Assembly: GCA_902791475.1 (NCBI GenBank)
Contig: CADAWC010000030.1
Location: forward strand, 205 to 64,204
Direction: 5' to 3'
Length of the DNA: 64,000 bases
Source: Fibrobacter succinogenes
Lineage (GTDB): Bacteria > Fibrobacterota > Fibrobacteria > Fibrobacterales > Fibrobacteraceae
Made by a program: the position numbers and the translations under genes
Shown here: piece by piece, positions 54,039 to 64,000 of the stretch
Layout: each line of letters opens with the position of its first letter
How positions within the stretch are numbered: position 1 is the stretch's first letter
The notes under the pieces: generated by a model
Told to the model about the DNA's origin: nothing
Database searches by the model: none
Seen by the model: only the letters and a program-made list of their open reading frames with translations

Positions 54039-54977
54039 TTAGGATGACGCTGTAGAAATTGTCGCGAGCTTGACGGCGTTCGCGGCGCTTTGCGCGGCTC
54101 GCCTACCCCATTCAGAACAGGCTCCCGCCATTAGTTTCAAAAAGAACTTGTGTTCATTTTCGAGCGAATCCGAAATATGGATAACCTCGCCATTTTCGTC
54201 ATGCGGTGCAAGGCTCACCGAGTAATCGCTCGCCGGACATTCCGTGCTACGCGCAAATTCTACAGAAATTGTCCGCACATCGATATCGCTATTGCGGTCT
54301 ACAATAAAGTCGAGTTCAGCCCCAGCATGAGCGCCTTTTACAATGCTTATTTGCATTTGCGCACGGTCTTCGTTTTTCGAAATCGTGAACTTATCCACTT
54401 GCAAGTCGTCATAGTTAAACATCGAAAGGCAAAGACTCAAGTCATGCACCAGCAAATCGAGCGCCACGTTCACATCGCGGCAACGCGCAGAATACTTGTG
54501 TTCGCGACGGAATTCCAAACGGAACGACGAATCCGCGCATTTCCTCATGCGGGCGGCATTCCCAGAGGCTCCGATTTCATTCATAAAATGTTTGCGGAAA
54601 TTCAAGAACACCGAATTAAAACATTCCGACTGAGCCACAAATAAAATCACATTATTGCGGATAGCCAAATCCACCAATTCTTGCGCTTGCGCACCAAGCG
54701 TTGCTAGCGGTTTTTCTACAAATACGGAGATTCCACGTTTCAAACAAAGCTTTGCATACTCGTAATGCGTTGTTGCCGGAGATGCAATTACGGCAAAATC
54801 AATTTTTTTGTTCGAAATAAATTCATCGACAAGCGAAGTACGCACATTCCTTGCGCCATCTAAATCTTCCAAGTCAAAAATTTTTAAAAACTGTACACCG
54901 GAATATTCAAAAAATTTACGATGGCGTTCGCCCATGGTGCCATTGCCAAACAGCACTGCCTTGTAATCTCTTCTCAT
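54039..54977 (-). CDS. Gfo/Idh/MocA-family oxidoreductase
   Basis: GNGTMGERH, IASPATTHY, VFVEKPLA, DLLVHDL. Confidence 0.85.
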   Translation of the reverse strand: MRRDYKAVLFGNGTMGERHRKFFEYSGVQFLKIFDLEDLDGARNVRTSLVDEFISNKKIDFAVIASPATTHYEYAKLCLKRGISVFVEKPLATLGAQAQELVDLAIRNNVILFVAQSECFNSVFLNFRKHFMNEIGASGNAARMRKCADSSFRLEFRREHKYSARCRDVNVALDLLVHDLSLCLSMFNYDDLQVDKFTISKNEDRAQMQISIVKGAHAGAELDFIVDRNSDIDVRTISVEFARSTECPASDYSVSLAPHDENGEVIHISDSLENEHKFFLKLMAGACSEWGRRAAQSAANAVKLATISTASS

Positions 54978-54984
54978 GGAATTT

Positions 54985-55854
54985 CTACTCTTTCGGTTCA
55001 GAGTACTTTGTACTCTTTTCCATGTACATTCGCTTATCCGCAATTTCCATAGCCTGCATAAAGCTAAGCGATGGTGACAGAATTTCGCAAGAACCAAGCG
55101 AAATGCAAATCGGCTTACCCTTCAAGAGCAACGCACGAGAAACTTCATTCATATTGTCGATATACTTTTTGCATTCTTCTTGCGTCGTATTCGGGAGCAC
55201 AAGGAAGAACTCGTCACCACCCACGCGGAACATTACCGCTTTTTCTGGGAGCACCACGCGGAACAGCGATGCCGTCAGGCGAATCAGTTCATCACCGATG
55301 GCATGTCCGTACGTATCGTTCGTTTTCTTTAAACCGTCGCAGTCCGCAGAAATCACGCACATCGGGCACATCTCTGGCTTTACAGGACTCGAAACCCACT
55401 CTTCGAAATAATTACGGTTGTACAAGCCCGTGAGCATGTCGGTGTGGGCATACTTTTCGAGTTTCTTTTCGAGCAAGACTTTTTCGGTCACGTTGTTGAT
55501 AAGACCGACAATACCAATAATATTGCCATCGTCATCGCGAACCGGATTCTTGATGAGTTCCAAAAATTCAGTCACGCCATCCTGATTGATTTCAATGACG
55601 TACTGCGTTCCCTTGCCTGTACGGAGAATTTCGCGATCCTGTTCCATCGCGAGTTTTGCATTTTCCTTATCCTTGCGGATATCCAGGTCGGTCTTGCCGG
55701 CAATATCCCACGAAGGATCCTCGGCACCTTGAAGGTGGCGCCAGTAATGCGTCGAAAAAACGTAGCGGCATTCGGTGTCCTTGAAGAAAATATTCGATGG
55801 AATCTCTTTCAAGATTTTCTTGAACAAGTCATAGTCAATCTTCATTACGTCCAT
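54985..55854 (-). CDS. PAS-domain diguanylate cyclase
   Basis: IFFKDTECRY..GKTD PAS; HTDMLTGLYNR, DCDGLKKTNDTYGHAIGD, RVGGDEF. Confidence 0.92.
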   Translation of the reverse strand: MDVMKIDYDLFKKILKEIPSNIFFKDTECRYVFSTHYWRHLQGAEDPSWDIAGKTDLDIRKDKENAKLAMEQDREILRTGKGTQYVIEINQDGVTEFLELIKNPVRDDDGNIIGIVGLINNVTEKVLLEKKLEKYAHTDMLTGLYNRNYFEEWVSSPVKPEMCPMCVISADCDGLKKTNDTYGHAIGDELIRLTASLFRVVLPEKAVMFRVGGDEFFLVLPNTTQEECKKYIDNMNEVSRALLLKGKPICISLGSCEILSPSLSFMQAMEIADKRMYMEKSTKYSEPKE

Positions 55855-55998
55855 GGGACACTCCTTCTCCACCGAAAATCCATACAACGATACTATTTTA
55901 ATTTAGCTTTCACCAGATACTATTGCAACCGGCACCCTCAAAGATTTATATTTGAAATTGGAATATTCAAGGGCAAAACACCCGTTTTTGAGGAATTT

Positions 55999-56502
55999 AT
56001 GGACATCAAAAAAACGAACGCCGCCCGCATTTTGGACAGGCAGAAGATTCAATACGAACTTATCCCATACAAGGTTGACGAAAACGATCTCGGGGCACAG
56101 CACGTGGCCGACAGCCTGGGCGAAGATATCAACCAGGTTTTCAAGACGATTCTTGTGCATGGCGACAAAACCGGTTACCTTATCTGTGTTGTACCCGGCA
56201 ACCTAGAAGTTGACTTGAAGGGTGCCGCCAAAGTAAGCGGCAACAAGAAAATCGACACCGTCCCGCTCAAGGATTTGACTCCGCTGACGGGTTACATTCG
56301 TGGCGGTTGCAGCCCACTCGGACTCAAAAAGAACTACCCCATTTTCATTCACGAAACAGCGATGCAGTTCCCGTACATTTACGTGAGCGCAGGCGAACGT
56401 GGTTTGCAGTTGAAAGTGGCGCCGGCGGACTTGGTTAAGGCTACGCGAGCAACGGTTGGCGTGATTGCACGTGTCCACCCGGAAGATCCAGACGCAAAGT
56501 AA
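55999..56502 (+). CDS. ybaK: Cys-tRNA(Pro) deacylase YbaK
   Basis: KKTNAARILD, VFKTIL, TGYIRGGCSPLG, SAGERG; RBS GAGGA before ATG 55999. Confidence 0.93.
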   Translation: MDIKKTNAARILDRQKIQYELIPYKVDENDLGAQHVADSLGEDINQVFKTILVHGDKTGYLICVVPGNLEVDLKGAAKVSGNKKIDTVPLKDLTPLTGYIRGGCSPLGLKKNYPIFIHETAMQFPYIYVSAGERGLQLKVAPADLVKATRATVGVIARVHPEDPDAK

Positions 56503-56526
56503 TTAGAAAAGTAAGGGGTTGGTTTT

Positions 56527-57567
56527 ATGGTATATAAGTTCATCGCAGCAGTGGGAATCGTCGCTTTGGCAGCATGTTCTGGAGACAAAATTTGCGAGCC
56601 TCCCATTCCCGCTGAAAGTTCCGCGGATTCCTCTTCTTCTGTCATTCCCGCCGAAAGTTCCGCGGAGTCCTCCTCATCCGTCATTCTGAGTGGCGACAGC
56701 CGCGATGATTCGGCTGGCTCATCAACCAAATCCAGTGACTCTAGGAATTCCTCAAGCAGCGCGGCAGGTCAATCTTCGAGCAGTTCCGAAACGGTTTCCT
56801 CAAGCAGCTCGGAAACAACTTCTTCAAGCAACGCCGAACCCGTAGCACAATACCTCTGGCATGATGAATTCGACGGCGAGACAATTGACACAAGCAAATG
56901 GACATTCGAAATCGGAACGGGCGCAGGCGGCTGGGGCAACAACGAATGGGAATATTACACAAGCCGTAAAGAGAACGCCTACATCAAGGACGGCGTCTTG
57001 CACATTCGCGCCCAAAAAGAGGACTACGAAGGCCAAAAGTACACGTCCGCGCGCATGATAACCAAAGACAAGTTCGCCTTTACTTACGGCACCGTAGAAG
57101 CGCGCATCGCGCTCCCGACTGGCAAGGGAATCTGGCCTGCATTTTGGATGCTCGGACAAAACATCGACGAAGTGAGCTGGCCCGCCTGTGGCGAAATTGA
57201 CATCATCGAAGCGGTCAATACGGAAAACAAAATCTACGGCACAAACCATTGGGCAAACGGAGCCGAATACGCGACCTACGGTAACAACACAGGCGATTAC
57301 CGCAACCAAAAATTCGAACTCGACATCACGCAGTTCCACACGTACAAATTCACGTGGGACGAGAAATACATCCGCATGTTCGTCGATGACTTCATGTACC
57401 ACGAAATTCTAATTGAAAACAACGAGGGCGACACAGAAGAATTTCACAAGCCGTTCTTCTTCTTGCTGAATGTCGCCGTGGCTGGCAACTGGCCCGGTTT
57501 TGAAGTAGACGATTCGCAGTTCCCGAACGAAATGCTCGTCGATTACATTAGAGTGGTTAGTGATTAG
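56527..57567 (+). CDS. GH16 beta-glucanase (laminarinase-like) lipoprotein
   Basis: Lipobox LAAC, WHDEFDG, GWGNNEWEYY, GIWPAFWMLG, catalytic GEIDIIE, DYIRV. Confidence 0.93.
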   Translation: MVYKFIAAVGIVALAACSGDKICEPPIPAESSADSSSSVIPAESSAESSSSVILSGDSRDDSAGSSTKSSDSRNSSSSAAGQSSSSSETVSSSSSETTSSSNAEPVAQYLWHDEFDGETIDTSKWTFEIGTGAGGWGNNEWEYYTSRKENAYIKDGVLHIRAQKEDYEGQKYTSARMITKDKFAFTYGTVEARIALPTGKGIWPAFWMLGQNIDEVSWPACGEIDIIEAVNTENKIYGTNHWANGAEYATYGNNTGDYRNQKFELDITQFHTYKFTWDEKYIRMFVDDFMYHEILIENNEGDTEEFHKPFFFLLNVAVAGNWPGFEVDDSQFPNEMLVDYIRVVSD

Positions 57568-57596
57568 TGGTTGGTGGTTAGTAAGCAGTAGAAAGT
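57552..57596. repeat. GTGGTTA-type heptamer array overlapping the GH16 stop codon
   Basis: GTGGTTA GTGATTA GTGGTTG GTGGTTA GTAAGCA GTAGAAA. Confidence 0.8.
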
Positions 57597-57602
57597 TTGC
57601 TG

Positions 57603-58286
57603 CTACTGCAAATCCACACACTTTATTTCGGACGGAGCTGTAAAGCCGTCGTTCTTGATGCAATAGGCATAACGGTAACCGTCGTGCAAATTGATTTCTC
57701 GGAATGAATATTCCGGGCGCTTGCCGTCGTGAAATAGCGTCACATTCTCGAGTTCGTCCATGTGTAGCGCAAACATGTCCGGCATAAGCGACAGGCCACG
57801 ACCTGTCACTTTCATATAACATTCCTTAAGCGTCCACAGTCTGTAAAACGCCTCGGACTGCGCTTCAAGCGTTTCGAAATTCTTGATCCATGCAGATTCT
57901 TCGGGCTTGAAAAAACGCTCGGCGAGCTTGCCACGGTCGCCCTTGATAAATTCCACATCGCAGCCGACTTCAAATGGCGAAATCACGCACATCACGCGCT
58001 CGCCCGAATGAGACAAATTAAAATGCACTTCCGGGAAATCCACCAAATACGGCTTGCCATTTTCGCCATACGCAATATGATTGTCCGCTCCATCAAACCC
58101 GGCATCGCGACACGCCCGCTTAAGCAAAAGTCCAACGCCGAGCGATTGCATTTTCCCTTTAGGGAACTTAAACGACATTGCTTTTTTTTGGCGATATTCG
58201 GGAACTTGCCCCAAAAAACACTCAAAAACGGACGTTTCTTTCAACGCAGAAATATCGGCAATATATACTCGGGTCGTCACAAACAC
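57603..58286 (-). CDS. 4'-phosphopantetheinyl transferase (Sfp-type)
   Basis: GKPY, HFNLSHSG, VGCDVE, LWTLKECYMK; exact start uncertain. Confidence 0.88.
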   Translation of the reverse strand: MFVTTRVYIADISALKETSVFECFLGQVPEYRQKKAMSFKFPKGKMQSLGVGLLLKRACRDAGFDGADNHIAYGENGKPYLVDFPEVHFNLSHSGERVMCVISPFEVGCDVEFIKGDRGKLAERFFKPEESAWIKNFETLEAQSEAFYRLWTLKECYMKVTGRGLSLMPDMFALHMDELENVTLFHDGKRPEYSFREINLHDGYRYAYCIKNDGFTAPSEIKCVDLQ

Positions 58287-58364
58287 AAAAAAAATATAAA
58301 AATCTGACTTTCTACCATTTATTTATATAGTTTAAAAAGAGCACAATTAAGCAAGGAGAATTTT

Positions 58365-58526
58365 ATGGCAAAATACAAGTGCGATGCATGCGGTTACATT
58401 TATGACCCCGCTGTAGGCGATCCGGATAACGGCATTGCGCCGGGTACAGCTTTCGAAGACATCCCCGATGATTGGACCTGCCCCATTTGCGGTGTCGGCA
58501 AGGACATGTTCGTTAAAGAAGAATAA
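58365..58526 (+). CDS. Rubredoxin (53 aa; below ORF-track cutoff)
   Basis: [15 protein letters not shown]...[17 protein letters not shown]: two CxxCG knuckles; RBS AAGGAG. Confidence 0.96.
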   Translation: MAKYKCDACGYIYDPAVGDPDNGIAPGTAFEDIPDDWTCPICGVGKDMFVKEE

Positions 58527-58598
58527 AATTCATATATATTTTCACTTTGACAAATCTTTTGTAGAATCCTATTTTAGATATTAAAATGGGATTTTTTT

Positions 58599-61307
58599 AT
58601 GAAATGGATTTTTCCAGTATTTTGTGCAAGTATCTTCTTCAGTTGTTCCGAGAGCGGCACTTCGTCGTCAGCGGCACCGTATTTTTTCATTCAAGAAGAT
58701 ACAAAGCACGATGGGATGATGCTTGTAAATCCTAAGGACTCTACGGTAAAACTGAGTTCCAAACTCACTGCGGATTTCAACTACAAATTTTCAATTGGCA
58801 AGCACGAAATCACCTGCAGTGAATACAGCAAATTCATCAAAAAAAATTATTGCGAAAAACTGGAATATCCCGTAACAAATATCACCTTTTTTGACGCCAT
58901 ACTTTTTGCAAACGAGAAAAGTAAAAGCGAAAATTTGGACACAGCCTACAGCTACACAAGCTTAGCTTTTGATTCTGAAGGCCATTGCACCGGAATGCTC
59001 GGCTATGAATTCCATGCCGACCGCGATGCGTACAGACTCCCAACAGAAGCCGAATGGACTCTTATTGCCACGCAAAGTTGGGATCCGTCTACCGCATGGA
59101 CCGCCAATAATTCTGGCTACGCATTGCACGAACCTTGCACCGCAGATACGCTCAACGACTTTTGCGACTTTGCCGGGAACGCCATGGAATGGATCAATGA
59201 CTGGATGGGCAATCTCCGCGATACCTCGGTTACAAATTACGTAGGAGCTCCTGATGGCGGAAACATTGGAGAACGCGTTATAAAAGGCGGAAGCTACCGT
59301 AACGAAGTTTCAAAAATTTCACTCGACAACCGCGGCGACATCTATACCGTTACATCATCCACCAAAGCCGCCTACATAGGATTCAGAATCGCTTTCGGAA
59401 AAATTCCAAACGCAGTCTGGATGAGCGACAAAGGGGATGTAACGTCTCAGCCCATCAATATTTTATCGACTTCAGCACAACTAAAAGCATCTACAAACAC
59501 GCATTTGAACAAACTCATTTTTCGCAATGAAGAAACGGGCTACATCGCATTCATCAACTTTGCAAACGGCAAGCCCATCGTTAAAGAAATCGGCGATTCC
59601 ATAGACGCCTACCACCCCACACTTTCACCAGACGGGAAATACGTTGCATTTTCAACAAAGTTTGAAGGCATCTCGGGCACATCTGAAGTTTATGTGCGCA
59701 GTCTAGATTCTACAAGCGCAAAAAACATTAAACTTGATGTCAAAAGTGCAGCAATCCCACGCTGGCGCGTTGTCGATGGCGATACAGAAATAGTCTATGT
59801 AACAACAGCCGACATCAACACCGACGAAGCCAACTGGAAAAAAGCATCGACATGGAGCGTCACGTTTGCCAAAGGGAAATTCGGAACACCCAAGAAACTT
59901 TTCGACGGGACATTCAACGGAGGCATCAGTGCTGACGGCAAGCTCGCAGTCTCGGGTGCAAGACTCCTCCGTGCAAATGTAAACGGCAAGAACAAAACAT
60001 GGTATAACGAAGAACAAGCGTGCAACGCATCGCTCTCGAGCATCACAAAGAAAACTCTGTTCCTAGATTTTAGCGGAAAAACGGGCAACCAATTTGCAGG
60101 GCACAAGTACACAACGCACGAACAACTCTTGATCGCCGATAGCACGGGCAAGCTCGTAAAAATGATTCCCGCCCCGAAAGGCTACACATTCGACCATACT
60201 GAATGGGTACAAAATAGCGCAAACCTAGCCATAGCAACGCTTACCGCCGCAGATGGATCACACCCCAAAATCGTACTCGTCAACACAAAAGACTCCAGCA
60301 TCACCGAAATCGCAAGCGGAAAAGAGCTATGGCAACCTGATTTGTGGACAGGCACTCTCCAAGATTTCGAAACAACTCTGAACGTCGATAGCGCCGGCAT
60401 GTACGAACTCAACTCGCCCTTCACTGGCGACCTGAGCCCCATGAAAACGCGCTATGACTTGGAAATGCTCTACGCACATCGCGATTCCATCAACGTCCTT
60501 TTGTCCGGTTCATCGAGGCCTTGGGCAGGATTAAGCCCAACAGTCTTAAACAGGAGAAAAGGCATATTCTCCATCAATGCCGCCAACCCCGCCGTAGACT
60601 TATCTGTCGCCAAAAGAATTCTATTCCGTTACGGAGCAAATTTCTTGCCCAAATTAAAAGTCGTTGCCGTTTCCCTAGATTTAGACATTCTGTTCTGGCG
60701 TTATTATGAAAATCCAAATTACTGGGAATATATTTATTTAAAATCCACAGGTTTTGTTTACGACGAAGCTCATGATTTTTGGCCTGACGGATACCCCAAA
60801 GGTCTATACGAACTCACCCGCGATTCTTATGGTTCCGACGAAGAAAGCCGACAGCAAGAACAAGAAAATCTCGGCAGTATTCAAGCACCGGACGATGGTT
60901 GGCAAGGTAACCCCGTTTATGTCGATTCGGCTTATATGGACGGCATGAACAGAGAACCTGCCGACATGTTACTCGAAGAAGTTGAAGATTTCATCAAGGA
61001 AGCGGAAAGCAAAAATCTATACCTTATCGGAATCATCTTCCCGCAATCCCCGGATTACAGAGAAACGGGAGCATTCGGGCGATATGGCCTACGGCGATCG
61101 GTTGCACAAGAGATGATTGATAAAATCAAGAAATACGAAGAAAAATACCCGCACTTTAAATTGATGGACGAGAACAAAATGGGCAACCATGATTACGGAG
61201 ATGAAATGGCATACAACTGCGATCATCTTTCTTACAAAGGTGCCGAAAAACTTACAAACCGTCTTGATTCGCTAATCCAAACACTCGATATCAATTGGGA
61301 TAAGTAA
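58599..61307 (+). CDS. TIGR02171-type Fibrobacter paralogous lipoprotein (FGE-sulfatase-like + TolB-like propeller + SGNH-like C-terminus)
   Basis: Lipobox FFSC, YRLPTEAEW, DFAGNAMEW, RVIKGGSY, GFRIA, HPTLSPDG, YNCDHLS. Confidence 0.85.
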   Translation: MKWIFPVFCASIFFSCSESGTSSSAAPYFFIQEDTKHDGMMLVNPKDSTVKLSSKLTADFNYKFSIGKHEITCSEYSKFIKKNYCEKLEYPVTNITFFDAILFANEKSKSENLDTAYSYTSLAFDSEGHCTGMLGYEFHADRDAYRLPTEAEWTLIATQSWDPSTAWTANNSGYALHEPCTADTLNDFCDFAGNAMEWINDWMGNLRDTSVTNYVGAPDGGNIGERVIKGGSYRNEVSKISLDNRGDIYTVTSSTKAAYIGFRIAFGKIPNAVWMSDKGDVTSQPINILSTSAQLKASTNTHLNKLIFRNEETGYIAFINFANGKPIVKEIGDSIDAYHPTLSPDGKYVAFSTKFEGISGTSEVYVRSLDSTSAKNIKLDVKSAAIPRWRVVDGDTEIVYVTTADINTDEANWKKASTWSVTFAKGKFGTPKKLFDGTFNGGISADGKLAVSGARLLRANVNGKNKTWYNEEQACNASLSSITKKTLFLDFSGKTGNQFAGHKYTTHEQLLIADSTGKLVKMIPAPKGYTFDHTEWVQNSANLAIATLTAADGSHPKIVLVNTKDSSITEIASGKELWQPDLWTGTLQDFETTLNVDSAGMYELNSPFTGDLSPMKTRYDLEMLYAHRDSINVLLSGSSRPWAGLSPTVLNRRKGIFSINAANPAVDLSVAKRILFRYGANFLPKLKVVAVSLDLDILFWRYYENPNYWEYIYLKSTGFVYDEAHDFWPDGYPKGLYELTRDSYGSDEESRQQEQENLGSIQAPDDGWQGNPVYVDSAYMDGMNREPADMLLEEVEDFIKEAESKNLYLIGIIFPQSPDYRETGAFGRYGLRRSVAQEMIDKIKKYEEKYPHFKLMDENKMGNHDYGDEMAYNCDHLSYKGAEKLTNRLDSLIQTLDINWDK

Positions 61308-61397
61308 AATCAGGGCGTTGCTTGATTTTACGACGTATTTTAAGTATATTCATATACAAGTTAAAAAATCCGACCATCAAAACAGGATTTCGTTTTT

Positions 61398-64000
61398 ATG
61401 AAGAGACTGTCTGCAATAGCTCTTTTTGCAAGTCTGTTAATCGGCTGCTCCGATAGCGTCACATCCTCGAATGATTCTAACACGATTTTCGTTAATAAAG
61501 ATGAAAACCATGCTGGGATGATGCTCGTAACAGCCAAGACGTCATCGACCCAAATGGGATCTAAACTGACGGTCCATTTTTCATACGATTTTTCAATCGA
61601 CAAACATGAAGTCACCTGCGGAGACTACGCCAAGCAAATAAAAACCAATTGTGACAATTCCGAATTGCCAATAACCAACGTCACCTTTTTTGACGCCGTA
61701 CTTTTCGCAAACAAAAAAAGCAAAGCAGAAAAACTGGATACAGCCTATAGCTATACAAGCGCAACGTTTGATTCAGAAGGGCATTGCACAGACTTGATAG
61801 GCTACGCATTTCATGCAGACCGAGACGCCTACAGACTCCCCACTGAAGCAGAATGGACTCTCGTAGCCACAAAGAACTGGAATCCGCAAAAAAGTTGGAA
61901 CGCAGGCAATTCCGATTACAAATTACACAAGCCCTGCACAGCAATTCCAAACGAAGACATCTGCGACCTTGCAGGAAACGCCGTAGAATGGGTTAACGAC
62001 TGGAAGGGAACCCTACCCGACACATCCATAACAAACTACGTAGGCGCTCCTGACGGAGGCAACATCGGCGAACGAGTTTTAAAAGGCGGAAGCTACCGTA
62101 ACGAAGCCGCAACTATACTACTTGAAAACCGCGGCGACGTTTACACCGTTACGTCTTCAACAAAAGCAGCTTATGTCGGTTTCAGACTAGCTTTCGGGAA
62201 AATCCCGGACGCAGTTTGGGTGAACGGTCAGAGAAAAACGACCTCCAATCCTATTAACATACTCACAGCATCTGCCCAGCTAAAGAAAACAACTCAGACA
62301 TACCAGAACAAGCTCGTATTCCGCAACGATGAAACAGGCAACATCGCTTTCGTAAACTTCGCAAATGCGACCCCTTCGGTCACGGAAATTTATGACACAC
62401 TCGATGCATACCACCCCACGCTTTCTCCCGACGGAAACTTTGTCGCATTTTCAACAAAATACGAGGGAATCCCAGGAAAATCAGAGCTCTACGTTCGTGA
62501 TTTAAATTCTAGCGAATCTAAGAAAATAAAGCTCGATGTAGAAAGTGCCGCAATTCCACGCTGGCGCGTAGTCGGAGCCGATACAGAAATCGTTTACGTA
62601 TCAAGCACAGAAAACAACTCTGACGAAGCTTCTTGGAAAAAAGGCTCCACTTGGAGCGTACCTTTTGCCAACGCTAAATTCGGCAAACCACAAAAATTAT
62701 TTGATGGAACATTCAACGGGGGCGTCAGCACCAATGACAAGTTCGCCATTTCTGGTGCAAGACTACTCCGCGCACGCGTAAACGGCAAATACGAAACATG
62801 GTACAACAAAGAACAAGCATGCAACGCATCGTTCTCTGAACTTACAAAACAAACCTTGTTCCTAGACTTTGGTGGAGAAACGGGAAAAAAATTTTCCGGC
62901 AAAAAATACACCACCCATGAGCAACTTCTAATTGCTGACAGCACCGGTAAACTCGTAAAGATGATTCCGGCACCCAAAGGTTACACCTTTGACCATACCG
63001 AATGGGTGAGCAACAAAGAACATCTAGCCATCGCAACACTCACTGATATTAATGGGGCTCATTCAAAAATCGTTCTAATCAACACAAAAGATTCTAGCAT
63101 CACAGAAATTGCTAACGGCTCTGAATTATGGCATCCAGACTTCTGGACAAAAAATTTTCCAAACATCGAAACAACGCTTGACTTAGACAGTGCAGGCCAA
63201 TACGAACTCAACGCACCATTCACAGACCACAGAACCACAACATTGACTCGCTATGAGATGGAAACACTTTACAAATACCGCGATTCTGTCAATGTTTTAA
63301 TTTCTGGTTCCTCTAGATCATGGGCAGGAGTAAATCCCTTAATTTTGAACAACTCTCAGAAGGGAATTTTTGCAATCAACATGGGAAACTCCGCCGTAGA
63401 TTTATCTGTTGCTAAAAGAATTTTCTTTGGATACGGAGTAAATCTCTTACCGAAATTCAAAGTTGCAGTTGTTTCATTAGATTTGGACATTATATTTGTG
63501 CGATACAACATAGAGCCCAATTACTGGGAACTTGTTTACAGGCAAACACCAGGTTTTACTTACGATGAGACTCATGGATTTTGGGAAAACGGATATCCCA
63601 ACGGCTTATACGAGCTCACTTGCGAAGCTTACACAACCAACATTGAAAAGAAAGCGCTGCAACAAGACTTACTAGGACACATTCAATTCCCTGCTACCGG
63701 CTGGCAAGGAAGCGAAATTCTAGGCGACTCCACCTACATGGACTCTTTCAATAAAAATCCAGCAAACATGTTGCTTGAACAAATTGAAGATTTAATCCAA
63801 GAAGCCCAAAAACATAACATCATTCTCATCGGAATTATCTACCCGCAATCCCCAGATTACAGGAAAACCGGAGCTTTCGGGCGATATGGCCTACGCCGAT
63901 CGGTCGCCAAAGAAATGATTGATAAAATCAAGAAATACGAAGAAAAATATCCTCTCTTTAAATTGATGGACGAAAACAAAATGGGCGACCACGATTACGG
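61398..64000 (+). CDS. Second TIGR02171-type lipoprotein (runs off window end)
   Basis: MKRLSAIALFASLLIGCS start; collinear similarity with the upstream paralogue (YRLPTEAEW, GGNIGERV.KGGSYRNE, YHPTLSPDG, GAFGRYGLRRSVA). Confidence 0.85.
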   Translation, partial: MKRLSAIALFASLLIGCSDSVTSSNDSNTIFVNKDENHAGMMLVTAKTSSTQMGSKLTVHFSYDFSIDKHEVTCGDYAKQIKTNCDNSELPITNVTFFDAVLFANKKSKAEKLDTAYSYTSATFDSEGHCTDLIGYAFHADRDAYRLPTEAEWTLVATKNWNPQKSWNAGNSDYKLHKPCTAIPNEDICDLAGNAVEWVNDWKGTLPDTSITNYVGAPDGGNIGERVLKGGSYRNEAATILLENRGDVYTVTSSTKAAYVGFRLAFGKIPDAVWVNGQRKTTSNPINILTASAQLKKTTQTYQNKLVFRNDETGNIAFVNFANATPSVTEIYDTLDAYHPTLSPDGNFVAFSTKYEGIPGKSELYVRDLNSSESKKIKLDVESAAIPRWRVVGADTEIVYVSSTENNSDEASWKKGSTWSVPFANAKFGKPQKLFDGTFNGGVSTNDKFAISGARLLRARVNGKYETWYNKEQACNASFSELTKQTLFLDFGGETGKKFSGKKYTTHEQLLIADSTGKLVKMIPAPKGYTFDHTEWVSNKEHLAIATLTDINGAHSKIVLINTKDSSITEIANGSELWHPDFWTKNFPNIETTLDLDSAGQYELNAPFTDHRTTTLTRYEMETLYKYRDSVNVLISGSSRSWAGVNPLILNNSQKGIFAINMGNSAVDLSVAKRIFFGYGVNLLPKFKVAVVSLDLDIIFVRYNIEPNYWELVYRQTPGFTYDETHGFWENGYPNGLYELTCEAYTTNIEKKALQQDLLGHIQFPATGWQGSEILGDSTYMDSFNKNPANMLLEQIEDLIQEAQKHNIILIGIIYPQSPDYRKTGAFGRYGLRRSVAKEMIDKIKKYEEKYPLFKLMDENKMGDHDY

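Noticed and set aside
55444-55998. N-terminal extension of the ybaK ORF (apparent 352-aa protein)
   Set aside because: Overlaps the GGDEF gene antisense; the real start with an RBS is at 55999

Overview
A 64-kb chromosomal segment from a Fibrobacter-like bacterium (inferred from a FISUMP-domain lipoprotein, two TIGR02171-type paralogues and Ser-rich lipoprotein linkers). It is mostly housekeeping and envelope genes: valS (3' part), purF, thrC, mutL, lpxB, dnaE, murI, hemW, putP, glgP, ybaK, a UbiD decarboxylase, a sigma-70 factor and rubredoxin. It also has a five-gene glycan locus, a lipoprotein/beta-barrel/DUF4912/GH57 operon and two GT4 + methyltransferase + flippase-like triads. No CRISPR array, integrase, transposase or rRNA was seen. 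The most unusual region is 43.9-46.8 kb: three tRNA-Gly(GCC) copies, each with its own promoter and an atypical T-loop (C55). Each is followed by a covarying GNA-triloop hairpin element, and the first two elements are bracketed by pieces of the tRNA 3' half, as if inserted into its T-loop. The array also holds a truncated LEPR-XLL gene and a FISUMP gene whose linker is built from whole REP-like palindromes. Other highlights: a UvrD helicase lacking subdomain 2B fused to a PlsC acyltransferase, a MutL with its endonuclease metal ligands replaced, a consensus sigma-54 promoter before a sigma-70 gene, a candidate sRNA with anti-Shine-Dalgarno motifs, and a dispersed family of 7-bp-period repeats. 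All family assignments come from motif recognition by eye; no database searches were run.
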